Shown: piece after piece, positions 35,121 through 45,013 of the stretch
How the letters are laid out: the number at the start of each line of letters is the position of its first letter
Position numbering within the stretch: the first letter of the stretch is position 1
Assembly: GCA_937901925.1 (NCBI GenBank)
Contig: CALGTS010000045.1
Span: 6,153-70,152, forward strand
DNA length: 64,000 nucleotides
Reading direction: 5' to 3'
Origin: an uncultured Bacteroidales bacterium
GTDB lineage: Bacteria > Bacteroidota > Bacteroidia > Bacteroidales > WCHB1-69
Translations under genes and position numbers: made by a program
The notes under the pieces: model-generated
The model's input: only the letters and a program-made list of their open reading frames with translations
Database searches by the model: none
Told to the model about the DNA's origin: nothing

Positions 35121-35723
35121 TTATTTCCACGACCAAGTTTCTACGATATGTAGCAAGTCTTTACGTAAATATTGGATAACTGGTGCTAATGAGTCGTTGT
35201 TAGGCGTAAAGTTGAAGTAAAGTGCGCCTCTGACATAGTGTTGCGAACTATCAGTAACCCAAAACTGAAATGGCGATGCAACCTCTTTGCCGATAATATC
35301 GTAAATCTGTCCGTAAATTTGTGCTTGCGGGTCTTCAATTACCGAATATTGAACGTCATCAGCTTTGCGGCGGTCCACATGAAACATCACCATTTTTTCA
35401 TCATTTTCAATAAGTTCCCGTAGATTATTGCGAACAGGAAAGTATGTGATTTTCATCGATGCATTGAATTGTGGATAGGTGAGATCTATCCAATATTTCC
35501 CATCTTCTTGAGGGTCGATTTTGATATTTGCTAATTGTGAATAATCAAATGTGCATGGCAAAATGCTATCCCACTTTTGATATTGAACTTCAGGAAGTGA
35601 GATGCGAAAATAGCCGAAAGGCTTGGGCGCAGGAACCGCTTCTTTTTCTACGCAACCTTGGGTAGTAAGAAGAATAATTACCAAAATTATTGCCAGAAAA
35701 ATATTGATTTTTAAGAGTTTCAT
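35121..35723 (-). CDS. gldD: gliding motility lipoprotein GldD
   Basis: About 200 aa with a lipobox (LTTQGC). PKPFGYFRISLP...YPQFNASMKITY...ALYFNFTPNNDSLAPVIQYLRKDLLHIVETWSWK parallels F. johnsoniae GldD, which ends ...ETVKWK. Confidence 0.7.
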   Translation of the reverse strand: MKLLKINIFLAIILVIILLTTQGCVEKEAVPAPKPFGYFRISLPEVQYQKWDSILPCTFDYSQLANIKIDPQEDGKYWIDLTYPQFNASMKITYFPVRNNLRELIENDEKMVMFHVDRRKADDVQYSVIEDPQAQIYGQIYDIIGKEVASPFQFWVTDSSQHYVRGALYFNFTPNNDSLAPVIQYLRKDLLHIVETWSWK

Positions 35724-35805
35724 ATAGTTTTATTTGTTTACCTTAAACGAAAAAATCTTTTTTTTATTGAGTGAGATCTACTTTTAAATAGTGTGGAAAA
35801 ATTTG

Positions 35806-35813
35806 TATCTTTG
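35806..35813 (+). promoter_or_regulatory. Bacteroidota -7 promoter motif (TAnnTTTG)
   Basis: TATCTTTG, 15 nt upstream of the ATG at 35828. Confidence 0.5.
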
Positions 35814-35827
35814 CCAAAATTTTTTGA

Positions 35828-36223
35828 ATGAAAAAAGTTGCTTTTTTTGTGATGATTTTCTTTGCTTTGATGGGGCTTCAAGCGCAGTCAAGTGTTACTT
35901 ACGACTTGGAACCAGGTTTGGAGCAGATTATGGATTGGAATAAGAAAGTTTGGCAGAAGGTGGAGAAAATTGAGGGCTACCGTATTCAAATTACCACTTT
36001 TTCGGGCACTAATTCTTTAGCAAGAGCAGAGAAAGCCAAAATGGAGTTTGAGAATAGTTTTAGTGAGTATCCAGCTCATATTAGTTATTTAGAACCCTAT
36101 TTTCGTTTGCGAATAGGTGATTTTAGAAGTAAATTGGAAGCTTACGAAGCTCTTCGGAAAATTTCACTCCAATATGAAGGGGCTTTTATCATCAGAGATG
36201 AAATTAATTTTAAAGAGGAATAA
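35828..36223 (+). CDS. SPOR domain protein
   Basis: Signal peptide, then GYRIQITTFSG..S.ARAEKAK..FE......AHISYLEPYFRLRIGDFRSKLEAYEALRKI, a typical SPOR repeat. Confidence 0.7.
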   Translation: MKKVAFFVMIFFALMGLQAQSSVTYDLEPGLEQIMDWNKKVWQKVEKIEGYRIQITTFSGTNSLARAEKAKMEFENSFSEYPAHISYLEPYFRLRIGDFRSKLEAYEALRKISLQYEGAFIIRDEINFKEE

Positions 36224-36991
36224 TTATTTTCCTTTAGCTTCTTGCCATAATTTTTCCATCTCTTCTAAACTCATATCTGCTACGGATTGACCTTGTTCTG
36301 CCGCTTTTTTCTCAATGTATTGAAATCTGCTGATAAATTTTCGGTTACATTTTTCCAATGCATCTTCTGGATTTACATTAATAAAACGTGCATAATTAAT
36401 GAGCGCAAATAGTAAATCGCCAAATTCTTCCTCTTTGTTGGCAGTATCATTCTCAATTTCGGTATGGAATTCCTCCATCTCTTCCCTTACTTTATCCCAA
36501 ACTTGCTCTCTATTTTCCCAATCGAAACCAACGCCTTGTGCTTTTTCTTGAATCCGATAAGCTTTTACCATTGCAGGTAGCGCATTGGGAACACCTCCTA
36601 AAACTGAGCGATTTCCCTTTTCTGTCAATTTTATTTTTTCCCAATTGTTTCTCACATCTTCAGCCGTTTCTGCATTTCCCGTGCCAAAAACGTGTGGGTG
36701 GCGACGAATTAATTTTGTACAGATGCCCTCTAAAACGCTTTCAATGTCAAATTTTTTCTCCTCTTCTCCAATTTTTGCGTAAAACACTAAGTGTAGCATC
36801 AAATCTCCCAATTCTTTACGAATCTCATCATAGTTTTTAGAGATAATAGCGTCCGAAAGTTCGTAGGTCTCTTCTATGGTTAGATAACGCAAACTATCAA
36901 ATGTCTGCTTGCTGTCCCACGGGCACTTTTCCCGAAGTTCATCCATAATATCTAAAAGATGTTTGAAAGCTTGTAGTCGTGAATCATTCAT
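36224..36991 (-). CDS. mazG: nucleoside triphosphate pyrophosphohydrolase MazG
   Basis: Tandem MazG domains: CPWDSKQTFDSL..YTIEETYEL..AI, ELGDLMLHLVF and EEFGDLLFALIN. Confidence 0.9.
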   Translation of the reverse strand: MNDSRLQAFKHLLDIMDELREKCPWDSKQTFDSLRYLTIEETYELSDAIISKNYDEIRKELGDLMLHLVFYAKIGEEEKKFDIESVLEGICTKLIRRHPHVFGTGNAETAEDVRNNWEKIKLTEKGNRSVLGGVPNALPAMVKAYRIQEKAQGVGFDWENREQVWDKVREEMEEFHTEIENDTANKEEEFGDLLFALINYARFINVNPEDALEKCNRKFISRFQYIEKKAAEQGQSVADMSLEEMEKLWQEAKGK

Positions 36992-38114
36992 TAATTGATG
37001 AAATTAAAGGTTGATATATTTTTTGAATTACTTTCTCTTCATTTTCCCAATTTAATACTTGAGCTGCTTTTCTACAATTTTCTTTGTATGTAGGTATAAT
37101 TTCTTTATTTTCAATTAGTTTATTAATCTCTTTTGCAATATTTGTAGGTGAAAAGTTATCAATAACAATACCTACTTGGTACTGTTCAACTATTCTTTTC
37201 CGCTCAGGTAAGTTAGAGGTTAAAACAGGAACTCCTGCGTGAATATACTCAAAAATTTTGTTGGGAAGGCTGAAATAGTGGTTCAAACTTAGGTTCTGGT
37301 CGAAGGATACGCCTAAATCTGCTAGGTGAGTGTAGTTGCGAAGAAGTTGCGGAGCCACGCGATTTATAAACATAATACGTTCTTCAATTTGCAATGTTTT
37401 TGCCATCTGTTTCATCTCTACAATTACATCTCCTTGCCCAATAACCAAAAGCAGAGCATTGTCAATTTTAGTCATCGCTTCTACCATCTCTTCACCACCT
37501 CTTCCTTTGTGAATTGCATTTCCTTGTAAAATGATAATAAATTTGTTCTCAGGAAGTTGAAGAGATTTTCTGGTGTGAATATATTCCGTTTGTAAAAGGC
37601 GTGGAATATTTCGTACAACGTTTACCTTTTTGCCATATTCCTTACTATACTGCTCTGCAATAGATTGGCTTACTGTGATGATATTGTTAAGTTTGGGAAA
37701 GCAGAATTTCTCAATTTTTTGCCAGATTTTTTTTACGTTAGGTCGATTTTGTATCTCTAAAATTCCGCAAAAATATTCGTGACTATCATAAACTAATTTT
37801 TTTCTTCTCAATTTACTGATTAAAAGATTGGGAAGGAGTGTATCTAAGTCATTGGAAACCAGTATGTCACATTTTTGAAAAAGGAGAAACAGAAAAAGAC
37901 GGAAATTGAATTCCGCATAGAAGAGAGCTCCTTTTCGGAAGAAGAGATGTAGCCTCTTAACAGAGTAATTTCCGCTGTTTGGCAAGGGTGAATTTCGGTA
38001 ACAACGTCCTACTAAAAGTACATCGCATCCCATTGCGGCAAGAGTTTCCGCTGTTTTTTCAACGCGTTGGTCACAAAATAGGTCGTTAGTTACCGAAAGA
38101 ATAACTTTTGTCAT
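36984..38114 (-). CDS. glycosyltransferase, GT4-like (GT-B fold)
   Basis: 376 aa with a C-terminal Glycos_transf_1-like region (ILQGNAIHKGRGGEEMVEAM...FSLPNKIFEYIHAGVPVLTS). Confidence 0.7.
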   Translation of the reverse strand: MTKVILSVTNDLFCDQRVEKTAETLAAMGCDVLLVGRCYRNSPLPNSGNYSVKRLHLFFRKGALFYAEFNFRLFLFLLFQKCDILVSNDLDTLLPNLLISKLRRKKLVYDSHEYFCGILEIQNRPNVKKIWQKIEKFCFPKLNNIITVSQSIAEQYSKEYGKKVNVVRNIPRLLQTEYIHTRKSLQLPENKFIIILQGNAIHKGRGGEEMVEAMTKIDNALLLVIGQGDVIVEMKQMAKTLQIEERIMFINRVAPQLLRNYTHLADLGVSFDQNLSLNHYFSLPNKIFEYIHAGVPVLTSNLPERKRIVEQYQVGIVIDNFSPTNIAKEINKLIENKEIIPTYKENCRKAAQVLNWENEEKVIQKIYQPLISSINE

Positions 38115-38124
38115 ACCTTAATGG

Positions 38125-41100
38125 TTATTCGTCTTGACCACAGCAGTTTTTATATTTTTTACCGCTTCCACAAGGACAAGGGTCGTTTCGTCCAGCTTTC
38201 TTTTCAACACGAATAGGAGTGCTTCCTTTACCGCCAGAGGTTACCTTTCTACCACCGCCTACCTCTTGGCGTCCTGCTTGAAGTTTTTTCGCTTCTGATT
38301 GCGGAAGTTCAGCCTCTTTCATTTGTGTATTTTGTTCAATAGGAAGTCCAGCTTTATTGAGGAAAGTTACAATTTCATCGTTTATTCTCACCAATAATCT
38401 ATCAAAGAGATTGAAAGATTCCAATTTGTAAATCAAAAGAGGATCTTTCTGTTCGTAAGATGCATTTTGAACAGATTGTTTGAGGTCGTCCATCTCACGA
38501 AGATGTTCTTTCCAAGCGTTGTCAATTACAGCAAGAGTAACGTTTTTTTCGATGGAAAGGCCAATCTCTCTACCTTCCGTTTCACAACATTTGCGAAGTG
38601 GTGCCACAACGTTCAATGTCTTTATTCCATCTGTGATAGGAATTGCAATATTCGTGAATCTGTCGCCTACGTCTGCAAGAATTTTCTGCATAATCGGTAA
38701 TGCGCTTTGCGATAATGCATTCAGTTTTACTTTGTAGTTATCATAAACGATGTCGTAAAGTTTATCTGTTAGATTTTGTGGTTTTTCTTGGGTAAATTGA
38801 TCAACTGTAAATGGAGATTCGCAACCAAAGGTTGTCAAAATAGCATGTTCAAAATTATCATAATCTTTCGCATTCCAATTCTCTTCAACAATATTGACAC
38901 AAACATCGTAGAACATTTGGGAAAGGTCTATTTCTAAACGATCTCCGAAGAGTGCGTTTCTACGTTTTCTGTAGATAGTTTCGCGCTGTTTGTTCATTAC
39001 ATCGTCATATTCCAACAAACGTTTACGGATACCGAAATTATTTTCTTCTACCTTTTTCTGAGCGCGTTCGATAGATTTTGTAATCATACTATGTTGGATA
39101 ACTTCACCCTCTTCGAGGCCGATTCTATCCATTACGTTTGCAATTTTTTCAGAGCCGAAAAGACGCATTAAGTTGTCCTCTAACGATACAAAGAATTGGG
39201 AACTTCCTGGGTCTCCTTGACGTCCCGCACGACCGCGCAACTGTCTGTCCACACGACGAGAGTCGTGGCGTTCGGTACCAATAATTGCCAAACCACCTTT
39301 CTCTTTCACCTCTGGTGTCAACTTAATGTCGGTACCACGACCTGCCATATTGGTAGAGATGGTTACTGTGCCCGGTTGACCTGCCTCCGCAACAATATCT
39401 GCTTCTTTTTTATGCAATTTTGCATTTAATACATTGTGTTTTATTTTCTTAGCATCTAAAATTTTATGATAAAGTTCAGAATCTTCTACCGAAGTTGTAC
39501 CTACCAAAACAGGACGTCCTTCTTCGTGCAAACGAATAATTTCATTAATAACAGCAGTGATTTTTTCTCTTTTAGTTTTGTAAACTAAATCTTCATAATC
39601 TTCCCGTTTTACATCTTTATTAGTCGGAATTTCAACGACATCCAATTTGTAGATATTCCAAAATTCGCCAGCTTCGGTAATTGCAGTTCCCGTCATACCT
39701 GACAATTTTTTGTACATTCTGAAGTAGTTCTGCAAAGTAATAGTTGCGTAGGTTTGTGTAGCGGCTTCAACCTTTACATTTTCCTTGGCTTCAATCGCTT
39801 GATGTAAGCCGTCGGAGTAGCGGCGACCTTCCATAATACGACCTGTTTGCTCATCTACAATCTTAATTTTATTATCAATAATCACATATTCTACATTCTT
39901 TTCAAACATAGTATATGCTTTCAAAAGTTGGTGAATGGTGTGGATTCTTTCTGAAGCAATGGAGAAGTTGCGATAAATCTCATTTTTTCTGTTGATTTTT
40001 TCTTGTGCAGTAAGTTCTGCTTTCTCTAATTCAGCAATTTCTGCACCCACATCAGGAATTACAAATAGGTTGGCAACAGTGCTATTACTACCTTTTGCTA
40101 CCAATTCAATACCTTTTTCCATAATATCAACGGTGTTAAGCTTCTCTTCAATTACGAAGTAAAGTTCATCGTCGATAATGTGCATATTGCGGTTTTGTTG
40201 TTGCATATAGAAACCTTCGGTACGCAACAATAGCTGTTTCATTCCTTGTTCACTTAAAAATTTGATAAGTGCTTTGTTTTTAGGAAGTCCACGATGCGCA
40301 CGAAGCAATAATTGTGCTGCTTCCTCTTCTGGTTTTGGATCCGGATTTTCTGCCAAAAGTCGTTTTGCTTTTGCTAAAATTTCGTTTACTAATGTGCATT
40401 GTGCCCGGTAAAGTTGCTCAACAATAGGTTTATAAAGGTCAAATTCTTGTTGGTTTCCATTTCGAGTAGGACCAGAAATGATTAACGGGGTACGCGCATC
40501 ATCAATAAGTACAGAGTCAACCTCATCGACAATAGCGTAGTTGTGAGGGCGTTGCACTAACTCGTAAATGTTTTTTGCCATATTGTCACGCAAGTAGTCG
40601 AAACCAAATTCGTTGTTGGTTCCGTAGGTAATATCTGCCATATAAGCGCGGCGACGGTCATCAGAATTAGGTTCATGTTTGTCTATGCAATCAACGGTAA
40701 GTCCATGAAATTCATAGAGAAGTCCCATCCACTCGGCGTCACGTTTTGCCAAATAATCGTTTACAGTAACTACGTGAACGCCTTTTCCTGGAAGTGCATT
40801 CAAATAAACGGGAAGTGTTGCTACCAACGTTTTTCCTTCACCCGTTGCCATTTCAGCAATCTTTCCTTGGTGTAGCACGGTACCACCAATCAACTGAACA
40901 TCATAGTGGCACATATCCCACTTAATAATATTGCCACCCGCAGACCAAGTAGTGCTATAAATTGCTTTGTCGCCATTGATATTTACGCAATCGCGATGAA
41001 CGGCTATACTTCTATCTAATTCAGTTGCTGTAACTTCAATGGTGTCATTTTCCTTGAAACGGCGAGCTGTTTCTTTCATTACAGCAAAGGCTTCAGGTAA

Positions 41101-41421
41101 AATATCATCTAAAACTTCTTGTGTTTTTTTGTATGATTTTTTCTCAAGTTCGTCAATCTCTTTGTATAATTGCTCCTTCTCCTCAATGTTCATATCGTAG
41201 TTTGCTTCAATCTTCTCTTTGATGGAGGCAATTTTCTCTTCTTCCTCTTTGATGGTTTCTGCAATATGATTTCTGAAAAGAGTGGTTCTCTCTCGAAGTT
41301 CGTCATTTGTAAATTCCTTGACTTGTTCGTATGCTTTTTTTGTCTTTTCTAAAAAAGGTTGTAATGCTTTTAAATCTCTATCTGATTTAGTACCAAATAG
41401 TTTGGTTAAAAAATTTGCCAT
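38125..41421 (-). CDS. secA: preprotein translocase ATPase SecA
   Basis: [14 protein letters not shown] (Walker A), [29 protein letters not shown] and the C-terminal zinc motif [14 protein letters not shown]. Confidence 0.95.
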   Translation of the reverse strand: MANFLTKLFGTKSDRDLKALQPFLEKTKKAYEQVKEFTNDELRERTTLFRNHIAETIKEEEEKIASIKEKIEANYDMNIEEKEQLYKEIDELEKKSYKKTQEVLDDILPEAFAVMKETARRFKENDTIEVTATELDRSIAVHRDCVNINGDKAIYSTTWSAGGNIIKWDMCHYDVQLIGGTVLHQGKIAEMATGEGKTLVATLPVYLNALPGKGVHVVTVNDYLAKRDAEWMGLLYEFHGLTVDCIDKHEPNSDDRRRAYMADITYGTNNEFGFDYLRDNMAKNIYELVQRPHNYAIVDEVDSVLIDDARTPLIISGPTRNGNQQEFDLYKPIVEQLYRAQCTLVNEILAKAKRLLAENPDPKPEEEAAQLLLRAHRGLPKNKALIKFLSEQGMKQLLLRTEGFYMQQQNRNMHIIDDELYFVIEEKLNTVDIMEKGIELVAKGSNSTVANLFVIPDVGAEIAELEKAELTAQEKINRKNEIYRNFSIASERIHTIHQLLKAYTMFEKNVEYVIIDNKIKIVDEQTGRIMEGRRYSDGLHQAIEAKENVKVEAATQTYATITLQNYFRMYKKLSGMTGTAITEAGEFWNIYKLDVVEIPTNKDVKREDYEDLVYKTKREKITAVINEIIRLHEEGRPVLVGTTSVEDSELYHKILDAKKIKHNVLNAKLHKKEADIVAEAGQPGTVTISTNMAGRGTDIKLTPEVKEKGGLAIIGTERHDSRRVDRQLRGRAGRQGDPGSSQFFVSLEDNLMRLFGSEKIANVMDRIGLEEGEVIQHSMITKSIERAQKKVEENNFGIRKRLLEYDDVMNKQRETIYRKRRNALFGDRLEIDLSQMFYDVCVNIVEENWNAKDYDNFEHAILTTFGCESPFTVDQFTQEKPQNLTDKLYDIVYDNYKVKLNALSQSALPIMQKILADVGDRFTNIAIPITDGIKTLNVVAPLRKCCETEGREIGLSIEKNVTLAVIDNAWKEHLREMDDLKQSVQNASYEQKDPLLIYKLESFNLFDRLLVRINDEIVTFLNKAGLPIEQNTQMKEAELPQSEAKKLQAGRQEVGGGRKVTSGGKGSTPIRVEKKAGRNDPCPCGSGKKYKNCCGQDE

Positions 41422-41445
41422 TTTTTCGCTATTTTAATGAATGAG

Positions 41446-41453
41446 CAAAAATA
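41446..41453 (-). promoter_or_regulatory. Bacteroidota -7 promoter motif (TAnnTTTG)
   Basis: TATTTTTG on the minus strand, 25 nt upstream of the secA ATG at 41421. Confidence 0.5.
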
Positions 41454-41469
41454 TAAAAAATATTCTTAG

Positions 41470-41477
41470 TATATTTG
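41470..41477 (+). promoter_or_regulatory. Bacteroidota -7 promoter-like motif facing into a noncoding gap
   Basis: TATATTTG on the plus strand. There is no plausible ORF downstream before the tRNA. Confidence 0.25.
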
Positions 41478-41686
41478 CTGAATATGTATAAATATTATTA
41501 GGTTTCTTCGTAGAAAATTTGTGAATATGTTTAGCTTTTTCAATCTATAATTACGAAAAACTAACAAAAAATTGATTCAATTGTTTTTGGCTAAACCTTC
41601 TTTATTTTGCAAGAAAATAACCAAAATTCTTTGTGTAAATTAGGGTCTATTATTGCTCTTAATTTCCGCAAGGTTAATTTATTATG

Positions 41687-41694
41687 CAAAAATA
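41687..41694 (-). promoter_or_regulatory. Bacteroidota -7 promoter-like motif (distal, upstream of secA)
   Basis: TATTTTTG on the minus strand, about 265 nt upstream of the secA ATG. Confidence 0.3.
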
Positions 41695-41971
41695 ATAGTT
41701 GTACTTTGGAAAAATTCTTCAAAAAGTACAGATAAAATTAAATTTATGCTGAGGGATTTTTGTAGCCTATTGGGTAAAAAGAGTAATCTTAACGGGAAAT
41801 CCAAGATTTTTTGCTACAATTGGGGCATTTTGTTTTTCGGAAATCTTTCCATTTTGAGAAGGAAAATAGATGGAATGGTGCTTTCAGAGTCCATTGAAAG
41901 TAACTATAATCCCATTCATGCTCACAATTAGGACTTAAGTTTTACTTTTGCCATAAATTCTCCTTTATTTG

Positions 41972-42044
41972 AGCGGTAAACGGGTCTCGAACCCGCGACC
42001 TGCAGCTTGGGAAGCTGCCGCTCTACCAACTGAGCTATTACCGC
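41972..42044 (-). tRNA. tRNA-Gly (anticodon CCC)
   Basis: Minus strand: GCGGTAA-TA-GCTC-AGTTGGTA-GAGC-G-GCAGC-TTCCCAA-GCTGC-AGGTC-GCGGG-TTCGAGA-CCCGT-TTACCGC-T. A 73-nt cloverleaf folded by hand, discriminator U, no encoded CCA. Confidence 0.9.
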
Positions 42045-42054
42045 TTTTGCGCGG

Positions 42055-42062
42055 CAAAGATA
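42055..42062 (-). promoter_or_regulatory. Bacteroidota -7 promoter motif (TAnnTTTG) for the tRNA
   Basis: TATCTTTG on the minus strand, ending 11 nt before the mature tRNA 5' end. Confidence 0.55.
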
Positions 42063-42175
42063 CAAACTTTTTCGTAATTTTTTATCGCTAATCTCTAAAA
42101 ATTAAATGCTGAATTTTATCAAAAAATGAAATTCTTTTTAATTTTATTTTGAGGGTAAATATCGAAAAAAAGATG

Positions 42176-42183
42176 TAAATTTG
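42176..42183 (+). promoter_or_regulatory. Bacteroidota -7 promoter motif (TAnnTTTG)
   Basis: TAAATTTG, 24 nt upstream of the pyrG ATG at 42207. Confidence 0.5.
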
Positions 42184-42206
42184 CCGCTTTATTTAAATTA
42201 CATTTT

Positions 42207-43805
42207 ATGGCTCGTAAATATATCTTTGTTATGGGAGGTGTAGTCTCCGGTTTAGGTAAAGGAATTACCGCTGCATCGTTGGGAAGACTCTTGAAATCAA
42301 GAGGTATCAGGGTTACAATGCAAAAATTAGACCCCTATTTAAATGTGGATCCAGGAACGATGAACCCGTACGAACACGGAGAGGTTTTTGTAACTGAAGA
42401 TGGCGGAGAAACCGATTTGGATATCGGACATTACGAACGTTTTATTGATGAAAGTCTAAACAAACATTGTAACGTAACTTCAGGAAAAATTTACCATTCT
42501 GTAATTGAAAATGAAAGAAATGGTGTTTATATGGGAAGTACTGTGCAGATGATTCCTCACGTTACAAACCTTATCAAAGACAAGATTCGCCTAAATGCTG
42601 AGTCTAATGATGCAGATGTAGCTATTGTGGAGGTAGGTGGCACCGTTGGCGATTACGAAAGCCTTCCTTTTTTGGAAGCAATTCGCCAATTTTCTGTGGA
42701 AGAAGGATACGGAAATTGTATGTATATCCACGTGGCCTTGGTACCCGTTATCACGCCAAGCGAAGAACTAAAAACTAAACCTGCACAACACTCTGTAAAG
42801 GAGTTGTTGGGATTGGGTATCCAACCCGATATCTTGGTTTGCCGTAGCGACAGACCTCTCGGTAAGGAAATTCGTCAAAAATTGGCACTTTTCTGTAATG
42901 TGAAGCCAGAATGTATTATCGAAAATATCAATATGCCATCGTTATATGAAATTCCTTTGGCATTGGAAGAGGAGGGGTTGGCAGAACAAACTATCAAACG
43001 CCTAAAATTGCAATGTAAACAAAAAGACCTTTCCGATTGGGAAGAGATGGTTGAGAAAAGTAAAATCGTAAATAAAAAGGTAGAAGTGGCATTGGTAGGA
43101 AAATATACCGAACTCCACGATGCCTATATTAGCGTTGTGGAAGCTTTAAAACACGCTTGTATATATCATCATTCAGAACTTCATATCAATTGGATTGATT
43201 CAGATGAGATTACTGAAAAAAATGCAGGAAGTATCTTGAAAAATATGGATGGAATCCTAATACCTGGAGGGTTCGGTGTGCGTGGAACGGAAGGTAAAAT
43301 AAATGCAGCCCGCTATGCTCGCGAAAATAAAATTCCATTCTTAGGATTGTGCCTCGGTATGCAAATTGCTATCGTTGAGTTCGCACGCCACGTCTGTGGT
43401 ATGACTGATGCTAATAGCATCGAGATGAACCCAAATACCCAATATCCAGTTATCGATTTCTTGCCAGGGCAAAGCGAATATAGTATGTTGGGCGGAACGT
43501 TGCGCTTAGGAAAATATCCTTGCAAAGTGCTTCCAGAAACAAAAGCATTCGAAGCTTATAAAGAGGAAGTAATATACGAACGTCATCGTCATAGATATGA
43601 AGTAAACAACGAATATCGTGACATTTTACGTGAAAAAGGTATGATCTTCTGCGGAACTTCACCGAATAATAGTGTTGTGGAAATGATTGAGTTAGAAAAT
43701 CATCCTTGGTATGTGGCTTGCCAGTTCCATCCTGAATTTAAATCAAGACCTAATCGTCCGCACCCATTATTCCTTGGTTTTATTAATGCAGCAGTTACTA
43801 AATAG
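42207..43805 (+). CDS. pyrG: CTP synthase
   Basis: [11 protein letters not shown], and the glutamine amidotransferase active site GLCLGMQ plus HRHRYEVN. Confidence 0.95.
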   Translation: MARKYIFVMGGVVSGLGKGITAASLGRLLKSRGIRVTMQKLDPYLNVDPGTMNPYEHGEVFVTEDGGETDLDIGHYERFIDESLNKHCNVTSGKIYHSVIENERNGVYMGSTVQMIPHVTNLIKDKIRLNAESNDADVAIVEVGGTVGDYESLPFLEAIRQFSVEEGYGNCMYIHVALVPVITPSEELKTKPAQHSVKELLGLGIQPDILVCRSDRPLGKEIRQKLALFCNVKPECIIENINMPSLYEIPLALEEEGLAEQTIKRLKLQCKQKDLSDWEEMVEKSKIVNKKVEVALVGKYTELHDAYISVVEALKHACIYHHSELHINWIDSDEITEKNAGSILKNMDGILIPGGFGVRGTEGKINAARYARENKIPFLGLCLGMQIAIVEFARHVCGMTDANSIEMNPNTQYPVIDFLPGQSEYSMLGGTLRLGKYPCKVLPETKAFEAYKEEVIYERHRHRYEVNNEYRDILREKGMIFCGTSPNNSVVEMIELENHPWYVACQFHPEFKSRPNRPHPLFLGFINAAVTK

Positions 43806-43807
43806 TA

Positions 43808-44989
43808 ATGAAAAAGATTTTCCTTCAAAGAGGCAAAGATAAATCTCTTCGCCGTTTTCATCCATGGGTATTCTCAGGTGCTTGTGCAGGAAAATTCTCC
43901 CATCTTGAAGAGGGCGAAGTTGTAGAGGTGTATGATGCTGATAAGAATTATTTAGCAACAGGACATTTTCACAATAGTTCTATCTGTGTACGTGTGTTTA
44001 GCTTTAAACAAGTTGTGCCAGATTATGATTTTTGGAAAAAAAAGATAGGAAAAGCTGTTTCCTATCGTAAAACGCTCTCCCTAATCAATAATCCAAATAC
44101 CACTATTTTTAGAATGGTCAATGGAGAAGGTGATTCCTTGCCTGGGTTGATTATTGATTGGTTTGATGGGAATGTGGTTTTGCAGTTTCATTCTATGGGA
44201 ATGTTTCTCTTACGAGATACCTTTAAAAATATTCTTTTGGAACTTTTCCCTGGTCAAATAAAGTCGATTTACGATAAAAGTAGTGCAACATTGCTCCCCG
44301 ATTCTTCAGTAACTAACGATGAATTACTTTTTGGACAGTTAGATGAGGTTTGTGTGCGTGAAAATGGAGTGCCTTTTTATATTGATATTATCAACGGGCA
44401 GAAAACCGGTTTCTTTATTGACCAGCGCGATAATCGGCAGATTGTTGGGGAGTTTGCAAAGGGAAAACGCGTGTTGAATCTTTTCTGCTATACAGGAGGC
44501 TTTTCAGGTTATGCCCTGCAAGGCGGCGCAGAGGTGGTTCACTCCGTAGATATATCCAAAAAAGCTATTGAATGGACTGATAGAAATATGGCGATGTTAG
44601 GCGATTTAGCCACAAAACATGTTTCGTACGCAGAAAATGTTTTCGATTTTCTAAATGATATGCCTGATGATTATTACGATTTAATAGTATTAGATCCGCC
44701 AGCATTTGCAAAACACCATCGTGTAAAGGAACAAGGAATTAAGGGATATCGGAATATTAACAAAAAAGCGATGGAGAAAATTAGAAATGGTGGTTTTCTT
44801 TTTACTTTTTCTTGTTCACAAGCTATTGATAAAGAGGATTTTCAAACTATTGCATTTTCTGCAGCTGCTATCGCTGGGAAAGAGGTTCGCATCGTAAAAC
44901 AGTTACATCAATCGATGGATCACCCTATCAATATTTTTCATCCAGAAGGAGATTATCTGAAAGGTCTTGTGCTACAAATCCAAGACTAA
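43808..44989 (+). CDS. class I SAM-dependent rRNA (cytosine-C5) methyltransferase, RlmI-like
   Basis: PUA-like N-terminus (HPWVFSG), SAM-binding VLNLFCYTGGFSGYA, and LDPPAFAK. Confidence 0.8.
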   Translation: MKKIFLQRGKDKSLRRFHPWVFSGACAGKFSHLEEGEVVEVYDADKNYLATGHFHNSSICVRVFSFKQVVPDYDFWKKKIGKAVSYRKTLSLINNPNTTIFRMVNGEGDSLPGLIIDWFDGNVVLQFHSMGMFLLRDTFKNILLELFPGQIKSIYDKSSATLLPDSSVTNDELLFGQLDEVCVRENGVPFYIDIINGQKTGFFIDQRDNRQIVGEFAKGKRVLNLFCYTGGFSGYALQGGAEVVHSVDISKKAIEWTDRNMAMLGDLATKHVSYAENVFDFLNDMPDDYYDLIVLDPPAFAKHHRVKEQGIKGYRNINKKAMEKIRNGGFLFTFSCSQAIDKEDFQTIAFSAAAIAGKEVRIVKQLHQSMDHPINIFHPEGDYLKGLVLQIQD

Positions 44990-45013
44990 AAAGATAAAGT
45001 GTTATCTTTCAAA

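Noticed and set aside
41653-41931. 92-aa track ORF between secA and tRNA-Gly
   Set aside because: It starts at TTG with no promoter motif at a suitable distance. Its Lys/Ile/Leu/Asn-rich composition is typical of random AT-rich translation, and there is no family resemblance.
41947-41973. 8-codon ORF (MAKVKLKS) on the minus strand preceded by an aaggag-like sequence just downstream of the tRNA
   Set aside because: It is too short to support. Shine-Dalgarno sequences are not generally used in this genome, so the aaggag is probably coincidental.
44990-45012. aagataa-agtg-ttatctt hairpin between convergent rlmI-like and CarboxypepD_reg genes as a bidirectional terminator
   Set aside because: The 7-bp stem is almost all A/T (a single G:C pair) with no flanking A or T runs. 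It would be thermodynamically weak, so it is not reported as a feature.
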